Assembly (NCBI GenBank): GCA_951804945.1
Contig: OX638155.1
Location: forward strand, 63,240,001 to 63,304,000
Reading direction: 5' to 3'
DNA length: 64,000 nucleotides
Origin: Podarcis cretensis
Taxonomy: Eukaryota
Shown here piece by piece: positions 35,882-45,845 of this stretch. Positions within the stretch are counted from its first letter, which is position 1. Each line of letters begins with the position of its first letter. The notes beneath the pieces were generated by a model. That model had not been told where the DNA came from and ran no database searches. It worked only from the letters and a program-made list of their open reading frames with translations. A program made the position numbers and the translations under genes.

Positions 35882-38866
35882 TCAGGCTGCGCCCTGACCA
35901 AATGCCAGGTGGAACAGCTCTGTCTTGCAGGCCCTGCGGAAAGATGTCAAGTCCTGCAGGACCCTTGTCTCTTGTGACAGAGCGTTCCACCAGGTTGGAG
36001 CCGCAGCCGAAAAAGCCCTGGCTCTAGTTGAGGCCAGCCTAACCTCTCTGAGGCCTAGGACCCTGAAGGTGTTTTTATTTGAAGATCGTAAGTTCCTCTG
36101 TGGGGCATACCAGGAGAGGCGGTCCCGTAGGTACGAGGGCCCTAGGCCGTATAGGGCTTTGAAGGTTAAAACCAGCACCTTAAACCTGATCCTGTACTCC
36201 ACCGGGAGCCAGTGCAGCTGGTATAGCACCGGATGAATGTGATCTCTAAGCGAAGACCCCGTAAGGAGTCTCGCTGCGGCATTCTGCACCCGCTGGAGTT
36301 TCTGGGTCAGTCTCAAGGGCAGCCCCACGTAGAGCGAGTTACAATAATCCAGTCTGGAGGTGACTGTCGCGTGGATCACAGTGGCTAGGTCAGGGCGAGA
36401 GAGGTAAGGAGCCAACTGCTTAGCTTGGCAGAGATGAAAAAATGCCGCCTTTGTTATAGCTGCAATCTGCGCCTCCATGGAGAGGGAGGTATCGAAGATT
36501 ACACCCAAACTCTTAACGGACGGTGCTGGCACTAATTGCACCCCCGCAAGAGATGGGAGTTGCCCCCTCAGTCCCATGTCATCCCGTCCCAGCCAGAGGA
36601 CCTCTGTCTTCGAAGGATTTAACTTCAACCGGCTCCCACGTAACCATCCAGCCACAGCCTCCAAGCATCTGATCAGTGTGTCTGGGGCCGAGTCCGGGTG
36701 GCCGTCCATCAACAAATAGAGTTGGGTGTCATCAGCATACTGATGGCAGCCCAGCCCAAAACTCCGGACAAGCTGGGCGAGGGGGCGCATAAAGATGTTA
36801 AAAAGCATCGGGGAGAGTATTGCACCCTGAGGCACACCACACACCAAGGAGTGGCGGGATGACAATTCCCCCCCAAGCGCCACCCTCTGTCCCCGACCAG
36901 AGAGAAACGAGCGCAGCCATTGAAGGACTGTGCCCTGGATCCCCACGTCGGCAAGGCGGTGGTCCAGGAGTTCGTGATCGACCATGTCGAAGGCTGCTGA
37001 CAGGTCTAGAAGAATCAGCAGCCCCAACCCGCCTCGATCCAGCTGCCTGCGGAGATCATCTGTTAGGGCGACCAGAGCCGTCTCGGTCCCATGACCAGCG
37101 CGGAAGCCGGACTGGAATGGATCCAGAGCTGATGTTTCATCCAGAAACCTACCAAGCTGTTCAGCAACGGCTCTCTCAATCACCTTACCCAGGAATGGAA
37201 GATTCGAAACCGGGCGGTAATTGGATAGATCTAAGGGATCTAATGATGTTTTCTTTAAGAGCGGGCGCACCACTGCCTCCTTCAGTTCCCCTGGGAATGT
37301 CCCGGTGCCAAGGGACAGATTGATGATATCCCCCAGGGGGGCCCGCACCTCGTCTGGACACGCTCTAATCAGCCAGGACGGGCACGGGTCGAGAGGACAG
37401 GTGGTGGGCTTTCCAGCTTGGAGGAGTCTGTCTACATCAGCTGGGGATATCCAGTCAAAGTGGTCCAATACTGAACCCGAGGACAGTCGAGGGGCCTCCA
37501 GTTCCTTTATTGTATCCAAATTGGCAGGGAGGTCATGGCGGAGCAACAAGACCTTCTCCGCAAAAAAGCTCGCAAATGCCTCACAGCTGTGTGTCAGATT
37601 GTTATTTAAATTTGGCTGTCCTTCGAGGGACGTTAAAGACCGAATTATACTAAATAATTGCGCCGGGCGAGAGCTAGCGGATGCAATGGAGGCCGAGAAG
37701 TAGGACTTTTTAGCGGCCTTCACTGCCATCTCGTAGGTTTTCATAAAAACCCTATAAGATGTTCTTGAAGCTCCGTCACGGGCACCCCGCCATGCTCGCT
37801 CTAGCCGTCTGAGGTCCCGCTTCATTTTCCGGAGCTCCTCGGTAAACCAGGGAGCCCGGTTTCTGCGGGGTCGCAGAGGGCGCTTAGGTGCGATCTCATT
37901 GATGGCTGCCAGGAGCTGGGTATTCCAGGCCTCAACAAGCTCAGTCAATGAGTCGCCAGGGGGAGAAAGGTCCCGCAAGGCTTGACGGAATCTATCAGGG
38001 TCCATCAGCCTCTGCGGGCGAGCCCAAATTGGCTCGCCACCCAAGCAGGGTGGGGGTGGAACGTCAATCCTGGCTTTCAGAGCATAGTGATCAGACCATG
38101 GCACCTTCATCGAAGGAAACATGATCACATCTATACCGACGCCAAAGATCAAATCCAGCGTGTGGCCTGCTTGATGTGTGGGGCCCGAAACAAACTGGGA
38201 GAGCCCTAGTGTCGCCATGGAAGACACCAGGTCCAGAGCCTGTGAGGAGGGAGTGGCATCAGCATGGATGTTGAAGTCCCCCAATACCAATAGGTTAGGG
38301 AACTCCAAGGCCCAGCCGGCCACCGCCTCCAGCAGGCCTGACAGGGCGGCTGCTGGTGCGCTAGGTGGCCGGTACAGCAGCCAGACAGCCAAGCTCACCT
38401 CGGAGCCCCACACTAGGCCAACACATTCAATGCCGGGGATCGATGGCGATGGTAGAGCCCTGAAAGAACAATCTTCCCGGATTAATAACGCCACCCCTCC
38501 CCCCCGGCCCACAGTCCGCGACTGGTGAAGGACGGAGAAACCCGGGGGCGCCATCTCTCGTAAGGTAACAGTATCCCCTTCGCGCACCCAGGTCTCAGTC
38601 ACACATGCCAGGTCAACCCCCTGCGAGGTGAAGAAATCTCGCAGGGTGGCGGTTTTGTTGCCTATAGACCTGGCATTGCACAACACCAGTGACGGAGGTG
38701 AGTAATCCTTGCTCACCCTACCCTCGTCTCTCGGAATGGGGCGCAGATTGGAAGGGGTACGAGCATATCCGTATCTCGATCCCCTTTGCCTATGACATCT
38801 GCCCCCACCGCCATACCTCCCTCGCCCCACCACGGTAGCAATCCCAAGCCTCATACTCGCCTCCAT
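35882..38866 (-). CDS. L2 LINE polyprotein: apurinic-like endonuclease plus reverse transcriptase, 994 aa, uninterrupted
   Basis: APE motifs CNARS, VTETW, LGDFN, TLDL and WSDH. RT motifs NYRPVSNLPFLGK, LLDLSAAFD, GVPQGAILSP and YADDTQLY. L2-type C-terminus SRLDYCNSL..GLP..LQRVQNAAARL..LHWLPV. Confidence 0.96.
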   Translation of the reverse strand: MEASMRLGIATVVGRGRYGGGGRCHRQRGSRYGYARTPSNLRPIPRDEGRVSKDYSPPSLVLCNARSIGNKTATLRDFFTSQGVDLACVTETWVREGDTVTLREMAPPGFSVLHQSRTVGRGGGVALLIREDCSFRALPSPSIPGIECVGLVWGSEVSLAVWLLYRPPSAPAAALSGLLEAVAGWALEFPNLLVLGDFNIHADATPSSQALDLVSSMATLGLSQFVSGPTHQAGHTLDLIFGVGIDVIMFPSMKVPWSDHYALKARIDVPPPPCLGGEPIWARPQRLMDPDRFRQALRDLSPPGDSLTELVEAWNTQLLAAINEIAPKRPLRPRRNRAPWFTEELRKMKRDLRRLERAWRGARDGASRTSYRVFMKTYEMAVKAAKKSYFSASIASASSRPAQLFSIIRSLTSLEGQPNLNNNLTHSCEAFASFFAEKVLLLRHDLPANLDTIKELEAPRLSSGSVLDHFDWISPADVDRLLQAGKPTTCPLDPCPSWLIRACPDEVRAPLGDIINLSLGTGTFPGELKEAVVRPLLKKTSLDPLDLSNYRPVSNLPFLGKVIERAVAEQLGRFLDETSALDPFQSGFRAGHGTETALVALTDDLRRQLDRGGLGLLILLDLSAAFDMVDHELLDHRLADVGIQGTVLQWLRSFLSGRGQRVALGGELSSRHSLVCGVPQGAILSPMLFNIFMRPLAQLVRSFGLGCHQYADDTQLYLLMDGHPDSAPDTLIRCLEAVAGWLRGSRLKLNPSKTEVLWLGRDDMGLRGQLPSLAGVQLVPAPSVKSLGVIFDTSLSMEAQIAAITKAAFFHLCQAKQLAPYLSRPDLATVIHATVTSRLDYCNSLYVGLPLRLTQKLQRVQNAAARLLTGSSLRDHIHPVLYQLHWLPVEYRIRFKVLVLTFKALYGLGPSYLRDRLSWYAPQRNLRSSNKNTFRVLGLREVRLASTRARAFSAAAPTWWNALSQETRVLQDLTSFRRACKTELFHLAFGQGAA

Positions 38867-40624
38867 TTACAGAATATAAAAGCAAACAAACAAAAACAAT
38901 TACACGAAAACAAACCAATCCCCACCCCACTCCCCAACCACCCCACCCCAACCCAAGATAAATCAAAACAAAATAAAAGTACATGGATAAAAACCACCGC
39001 TTATGGTGGTACAACAAAGCAAAAAAATAAAAACAGTTTAAAACATATAAGAACACTTCAAACAACCGCTGCAGCAGCACCAGTGTCCCCGAAGCTGCGG
39101 CGGTGGTGAGCGTGGGCCCCGCCCCCTGGCCTGATGGAGAGTGGGCCTGCAGGGGGAAGAGCCCTCCCCACAAACGCACGGCAAAGCGGCAGCAGCGATG
39201 TTCCGAGGCCTCCTTGGAGTCTTTTATGCTGAGGTGGAGTCTGGGGCCCGCCCCCAGGCCCAAGGTGGAGAAATGGAATAACATTACTGTTCTCCCAGCT
39301 GTTACGTTTACAGACTTTAACATTCTTCCATGTTGTTTTCCACTGCTAGTTGACATTGATTAAAACATTATTGTTTTGCAGAGAAATAAATTTGCTAAAT
39401 TAGAACACTTGCAAATTGTGTGTTGAATACAACATGCTAAAAGAGTTCCTAACCTTAATGGTCCTTAATGGGGGTGGGAAGACACATGATACTGCCTTAA
39501 AGACTTCTCAGCAAGGGCTTTAAGAATACAATATCCAAAGATGCACGTCCTTAGAATATTTCATTAACTATTGATTTTTTTCTCCATTGGCAGGATAACA
39601 ACATACTACATGGTTAGCTAGGGATTTGTCCTTTCAGTTTGTCCACAGTGGACAAAATATGTAGCAGTTTTACAGAACAATGAAAGCTAGGGGCTCTCTG
39701 ATCTAGCATTCTGTACTGAGCACAGATGTTTCAAGTACAAAACAGAGCTTCCATTCCATTCATTTTAGTGGAGGAAGGTAATCTGGGCACACAATCCAGA
39801 GAGTTACTATAGTTGTCCTCAATGACTTACTTTAGTTTTTATGTTGTTTACTAAATCAGCAAGCCATATTGCTTGTGCTACTTATGGCTGTTGCTCAAGA
39901 AATGCAACTTCTAAAATGTACTAGGTATAAAGAGCTAGTTACTCTAATCTCTGGGAATGTGGCCAAACTACAGTGGTATCCATTAATGGATACATTTTGT
40001 AGTCAAACATGCATGTTTATAGCCATTGTGACAAAAGCACTAATATGTATTGGCAGAGTAATGCAAGGAATAAAGGAAGATTCCTGTCCAGAAGAATAGC
40101 TATGGCCAATTTCTACTGTCTATGTTCTGCCTCCATTGTAGGAAGCAGTATGCAATTTATTGAACATTCAATAAATATTCACCTTAAAGAATTCCCTGGG
40201 TGCATACCCTAAGGAAATGTTTTCTGAATTCCTGGATTCCAGGACAAGCCACAGCTCGAATAGACACATGTAGTTCTTCTTGTCTAACCTCTTTTCATCT
40301 AATCCCCAAGAAGATTAGAATACTAGGCATTACACACACACACCCCACAAAAGTGTTATTCCTATGCATATGTTCAATATCCAGAGACAGACACATTCCC
40401 CACTCCTGATTTAAAGCCAGAGCATACATAACATTAGTTAGTGGGAAATGACAAAAGAAGCTTCTCCTTTATCTGTAATTCATAAACAATATTTTATATT
40501 TGAAACTCGTGTCAAAATATGAGCCTTTGAGACTCTTTTCCGTGTTGGAGGAAACATGGAGATTCATAATGTGATAGTCGGACTCCATGCAAGAAGCTAT
40601 TCTATGGATTACACCTAAAAAGTA

Positions 40625-40952
40625 GGCCACATCCACACCATACATTTAAAGCACTATGATACCACTTTAAACAGCAATGGCTTCCTCCATAAAGAAATCT
40701 GGGGGCTGCAGTTTGTTAAGGGTGTTGAGATTTATTCAAAGACCCCTATTTTACTCATCGAGTTACAATTCCCAGAGTCCCATTTGAAGAGAATAAATTG
40801 TTAAGCCACTCTAGGAATTGTAGTTCTGTGACCAGAATTGGGATTTCCTAACAACTTTTACCCAAAGAATTCTTTCCCATAATTCTTTGGGCAAAGGCAT
40901 GACTGTTAAAAGTGGTATTGCAGTACTTTCAGTGTATGGTGCGAATATGGCC
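40625..40952. mobile_element. Palindromic non-autonomous DNA element (PIF/Harbinger-like by its termini)
   Basis: ~55-bp imperfect TIRs GGCCACATCCACACCATACA..ATACCACTTTAAACAG / CTGTTAAAAGTGGTAT..TGTATGGTGCGAATATGGCC. Confidence 0.7.
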
Positions 40953-41693
40953 TGAGCAAGGAGAAGATTGTTTTGGAAGAAAAAGAAGACATTCCATATT
41001 GAATATAATGCTGACAGAAATACCAGCTAATAGGACATGCCAGTTTGGGCATGGAGGGAAGCTCAGCTATTAAATCTTACTTAACATTGCTTGCAGACAG
41101 AAGCCTTTCACCCTCTTACTACAGGAATTTATTTCTGTCCCGACTGAATATTGTTTTCAGAGATATTTTTCTATCACTCAGCAAGATCTTTATAATCTTT
41201 TGCCCATTTATTTCAGGTGATATCTGTCATGATTGGAGACCAGTATCGTCTGTCACTGTCACACTAATCTGAATTTCAGACCATCTAGATCCTCAACTAT
41301 CTCATTCTCACATACACTGACTAATGAAGGAGTCCACTGAAAATAATGTATTGCCTCCCTCTCCAATCCTTCATATGACGTGGACTGCATTTGTAATAGC
41401 TCCTGGGGCAACTGACTATGTGCTGGCAAACATCCCCCCCCACTCCATAGCTTTTCTTCCAATAAATTAAAATAGACCATTGATCACTTTCAAGCCACTG
41501 TCCCTAAGACATAGGGGTTCCACAAATCCACTTGGCACAATGCCAGCAGTCGTTACCCTCCTCACCCAATCCATGTGACCTCTTCCTCATGCCCTCATGA
41601 GGTCTCAGAGTGGGCTCCAAGGTTGAGGGGGTCCTTAGCATTGTGGAGTCTTGATACACATCTCCTGCATCAGTGGGTCACACACACAAACAT

Positions 41694-41829
41694 CTGGCAT
41701 AGGCAAACTTGGCCCTCCAGATGTTTGGGGACTGCAACTCCCATCACCCCAAACTAACAGGATCAGTGGTCAGGGATGATGGGAGTTGTAGTCCCAAAAC
41801 ATCTGGAGGGCCGAGTTTGCCTATGCCTG
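41694..41829. mobile_element. Near-perfect foldback hAT-type MITE
   Basis: GGCATAGGCAAACTTGGCCCTCCAGATGTTT..CAACTCCCATCA and its reverse complement form a ~55-bp stem. Confidence 0.88.
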
Positions 41830-42059
41830 CACTAGAAGGAAGCCAGAAAGTCACTGTCTTAAAATATCCTGCAAAGACTCAGAGCAATGCATCATTGAGC
41901 ACTCTGGGGCTTTGTGGGAAATTAAAAATGGAAGTTTCCCATACCTAGCTGCCTAGCTGGCATAGGGCACCCAAGGTAGGCATCAGCATCTGCTGGGACC
42001 TTGGCAGCTGCGCCCCATGTGATCTAATATTTGGTCAATCCAGATCAGTTCTCTGCATG

Positions 42060-43300
42060 CCTCAGTTGCAGCTAAGACTCTGTGGAAGACAAAGCTCCAA
42101 ATCTTTGTTTCCAACTGGTCCAGAAAGCAGGACCATTTCCAAATATAAAGAGAAATCCACATATTGATCCATAACCCTTAGCATCTGGTTCTGCAGCCTT
42201 CTGACACGTGCCACATTTACAGTCTCTGCTGAAAGAGTAGTCTCGTAGACACCATTAATCAAACATGTTTCAGCATACAATTTGCCTTCTTTGGTTACTT
42301 GGTCATGTTGCCATTCAGTTGTGGGCCGCATAGGATCTGATCCACATGATTTTACTTCAATTGATGGCCTAGTTTGCCTAGTTTCCTGAACCTGTACCAC
42401 TATAATTTATGGTATCACCAATTGGCAATATTTTCAATGCCTCCGAAGAAATCTTGATCAATAGCTGGGATAGCTCAACCAGTAGAGAATGAGACTCTTA
42501 ATCTTAGGGTTGTGAGTTCAAGCTCCATGTTGGGCAAAAGATTCCCGCATTGGAATCTAGTTGGACTAGATGGCTTTCGTGGTTGATACTCACTCATCAG
42601 CCGCACCCAACATTGTTGATGGGATCATCATTAGGGATGATGGGAATTATAGTTCAATCATTGCTGCTGTGAATTCATCTGGATTTCTTCCCAGAAATTT
42701 TCTCATTTTCTTGCTGTAACTTACAGCTATCCATAATTTGCACCAAGAGGCAAGTAAATGTTATAATATATTTTAGCATGCCTGTCTTTTCTCAAGACTA
42801 GTTCTCCAAGTCCTGCCAAAAACTTTGTCACAGAAACAGTCAGTTTTTTAAAAACAACAACAATAACCATCATACAAGATTCTGAGAATGGTATAGGGTA
42901 TCAATGATGTTGTATAATGCAGGAATGGAGGTAAATCTATCCAACCAGAACCTGTCTACCAGTTGGAGCACAGCATTTTCTAGAACATCAAAAATAATGT
43001 AACACATTCTGACAGATTCCAGGTCAGTCCTGGAAATAGCAGGTGAGGTCTAGTGTAACCTAGGCATGCATTAAGCCCAGCAAGGATCTGATTACATCAA
43101 TTCGTCACAGACAGTTTAACATCAATTTCTAGCAGAAAGCTGTTTCAAACAGCCCTTGGGTGTTTACAGTTCCATTTGCTTTGTAACCATGTTGATCAAT
43201 AATTCTTTTGCAGAATGATTCTCTAAGTGCTCCTTCACAGATGCAAAATGTAGGTCAATGTACAAAAAAATAAATTCTAAGCATTTCATGGATGAACTGG
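42060..43300 (-). mobile_element. Highly decayed CR1 ORF2 remnant
   Basis: Fragments KCLEFI..SVKEHLENH, LDRFT and QHDQVTK/KANCML occur in the order expected for CR1 ORF2 (recalled ICKHLE, GLD..T, QQCD.AAKKAN.ML). Confidence 0.45.
42464..42586 (+). mobile_element. tRNA-Lys(CTT)-derived SINE with CR1-type tail (Squam2-like)
   Basis: TAGCTCA..GTAGAG.ATGAGACTCTTAATCT.AGGGTTGTGAGTTCAAGC..ATGTTGGGC followed by GTTGGACTAGATG. Second copy at 63297-63441. Confidence 0.8.
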
Positions 43301-43364
43301 TGGTGCGTTGAATGTGGCAATATCTTTGATGGGCTCTGCAGTTCAGTACCTGTGCACAGGTAGG

Positions 43365-43752
43365 CAGGGGCGTAGGAAGGGAGGTGTGGGGGGTGCTGGC
43401 TGCCCCGAGTGTCCTCCCTGAGAAGGTGACAAAATGGCACTTACCGTGGCACTTACCGTGGGGCCTGGCCTGCAGCGCGCCCAAGCCACGCATCTCTCTT
43501 GGGAGTGCCGCGGTGACTCAGGGCCCCGCGCTGCCCAAAATGGCAGCGTGGGGCTTGCATTCGCCAGGTGGATTCCATGGGCAGCTCGTCGTGCCACCTC
43601 CCTGGGTGGATCGCCGTGCTGTCACCCTGGGTGGATTGTCATGGTGCCCAATGGACGGATCGCCCCACCCCCGTGCACGGATCGCTGCTCCCATGGGCGG
43701 ATCGCTCCTGCCCTCACTGCTCTGGGTGCCAGAGCAGCTAGCTACGCCCGTG
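43365..43752. mobile_element. GC-rich hAT-type MITE with internal short repeats
   Basis: TIRs CAGGGGCGTAG / CTACGCCCGTG. Exact 8-bp TSD CAGGTAGG (43357-43364, 43753-43760). Confidence 0.9.
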
Positions 43753-44816
43753 CAGGTAGGCCATTCAACCACATATAGATAAAAATATATGCAGATTGTT
43801 ATGTATCCAAAGGTTATTAACTGTTAGCCCACAGTTGCTGGCAATACTACAAGAACAGAAACACATGATGAATCGTTAATTTTGCAAAGATAATTAGGAA
43901 ATAACTTAGTAATAGTGACTTTTTTAAACCTATCAACAAGTGATGTTGGAATGACATATTATATGAAGAAGCAGAACTGGTCTAGGAATTACACTGCTTG
44001 TATTTTTCCACTGCTTGCCACCATATCATGTCATATCCACAAAAGTAGTCACGATAGTCCAATCTAAAGGAAAATATAAACAGTGTCTATGGTGTTGAGC
44101 CACACAATACCAATATACTGCAAGGTTTCCTAAATCAACTCCAATGTGTTAGATTTACACTACGGTAGCATAAATTTTGTGAAGCAGCAAAGAAAAATAA
44201 ATTACCATCTACCAGAAGATAAATCTCTAGCTTGCCTATGTAGCATGCAACATGTGCAAATGCATATTTACAGCCGGTACTGAGGAAAGGGAAAACAGAA
44301 AGCAATTCATTGCTATCACTTCAATAAGCTACAGAATGTTAAGTAGCTTATTGATTTGTTTAACAAACGTGTGGAATGGGGACTAGAGAAGAAATAATTA
44401 CGAACTCAGAATGAAACAAATGCGCATTTATTTATTAATAAAATTAAGTTGTGTATGCTCCCTGCATGCAGATTAAAAGATCTGCAACAATACCTTCATT
44501 ATAACATTGCTATGTTTCAGGACTAGAAAGCTTGCCATCTCACTGTGTTCACAGATACTCTCCCTTTCCTCCAGTGTGGATAACAACTGTGGATTGCAAT
44601 ATGTGTATCTTTCCCGCCCCCCACCGCCCCACCCAAATGAGCAGGTTTCAAATGAGCTGCTTGAATTTGCTGCATATGGGCAATTCCATACATCCTTGGG
44701 CTTCTGCCAGGGCACCAGCACCTATGTGGGGTCCACTGACAATGCCTGAGCTGCTCTCCCTTTATTTTCATTTTTATTTTTGGCCTGGCACGCTGAGCAG
44801 CACTCGGCAGATACAT

Positions 44817-45560
44817 TTGTGTGCCCAGGCGGAGACCCCTAACCCCTGGGAGACAGTCCGAGAGCAATGAGTCACACATGGCAACGTGTATTGGGATTTA
44901 AAATGGCCACAACTTTATTAACAGTTTCAGATGTAGGAAACCTTGGCTTAGGCATTGGGAGTGTATCCCTCTCAGCCCCCCCCCCCAGAAGGGGAACTGA
45001 GGCACAGCAGGGTTAATCAGATCAGAGGGGGGCACTGCAAAATGCCTGTTTACACAGCCAGCCCCCCCCCTCTCCACGCAACTTTAGGAAGTTCATTGAC
45101 AACCTTTCAACGTATGGCCAGTGACTTCCTTCACACAAGCCCCTTTAACAGGGAACCTGAAAATGCCATTGTGAGGGGGGGGTGAGTCACCACTTCACGG
45201 CCACCCCCCATAAGAATAACCGACTAAAGGATTCCGCCCAAGGCCTAAAACCGCCAAAGTTGTGACAATTGCTAGGGGGAAGGTGAAACCTGAGGAGCAG
45301 GGAAAATTCCTTCCCAGCTCAACAGCAACCATCATAAGACCATAGCAATGCCCGCAAACCTCTCGGTCCACTCACCTGGCCCTGCCCCCAGTGAAGCTGC
45401 AGATTGCCTTGTTTAAATAGGTGTTTGGCAGGAACCCCAATAGTCCACAGCTGTGGGAAGGCAGGCCAGCTCAGGCCAACCGGCATGTCTCAGGGGAGAT
45501 TGGGAGTGCTGTGCGACAGTCCACAAATGGTGCCCACCGTCGGACAGGTGAGCGGTTAAT
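44817..45560 (-). mobile_element. Second, divergent member of the unclassified AATAAAGTTGTGGCC element family
   Basis: Same motif order as 16970-17714: TATTTAAA, TTGCTATG, GG.AGGAATTTTCCC, TAGCAA..TCACAACT, AATAAAGTTGTGGCC, terminal CACACAA. The 5' boundary is approximate. Confidence 0.75.
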
Positions 45561-45584
45561 CTCTGGATCCAGCTTTATATATGA

Positions 45585-45845
45585 TACTGAACTGTGAAGC
45601 AGGAAGTTCTCTGTTGAACTCTTGTCTCTTGCCAAGAATTCACTAGATGCTCGTCTTTACCAAAACACCACCTCGCTCCACTTGTAAAACCTTGTTACCT
45701 TTGTAAAACTCAACCTCATCCCACCTGCAAAATAGCAATAAGAAGAAGAGTATTTTCAGAGTTGTTGCACAGATTATTGAGAGAATGTCTGAGAAGCATT
45801 TTGAATGCTTTAAGGTGCTCTACAAGGTATAAATGTTATTTATTT
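45585..45845 (+). mobile_element. Ancient MIR-like CORE SINE
   Basis: CCCACCTGCAAAATAG...CAGAGTTGTTG..AGATT...AAGCATTTTGAA..GTGCTCTACAA..TTATTTATTT. Confidence 0.5.

Larger units (their letters stand above)
35668..39270 (-). mobile_element. Apparently full-length young L2-clade LINE
   Basis: ~400-bp 5' UTR with a GC-rich distal half (GC boxes), intact EN+RT ORF, ~160-bp 3' UTR, (ATT)n tail. High CpG retention. The 5' boundary is estimated from the GC drop. Confidence 0.9.

Noticed and set aside
35925-39363. Several plus-strand ORFs and the 188-aa minus ORF 38790-39356 as a possible ORF1
   Set aside because: The plus-strand ORFs are antisense shadows of the GC-rich L2 ORF. The 188-aa frame starts outside the element, is low-complexity and has no RRM, zinc-knuckle or esterase motif.
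41050-41480. Possible CR1 ORF1 esterase relic
   Set aside because: Similarity is too faint to support without an HMM search.
42464-42536. tRNA-Lys(CTT) gene
   Set aside because: Stem mismatches, no T-run terminator, and it continues into a CR1-type tail shared with 63297-63441, so it is a SINE head.
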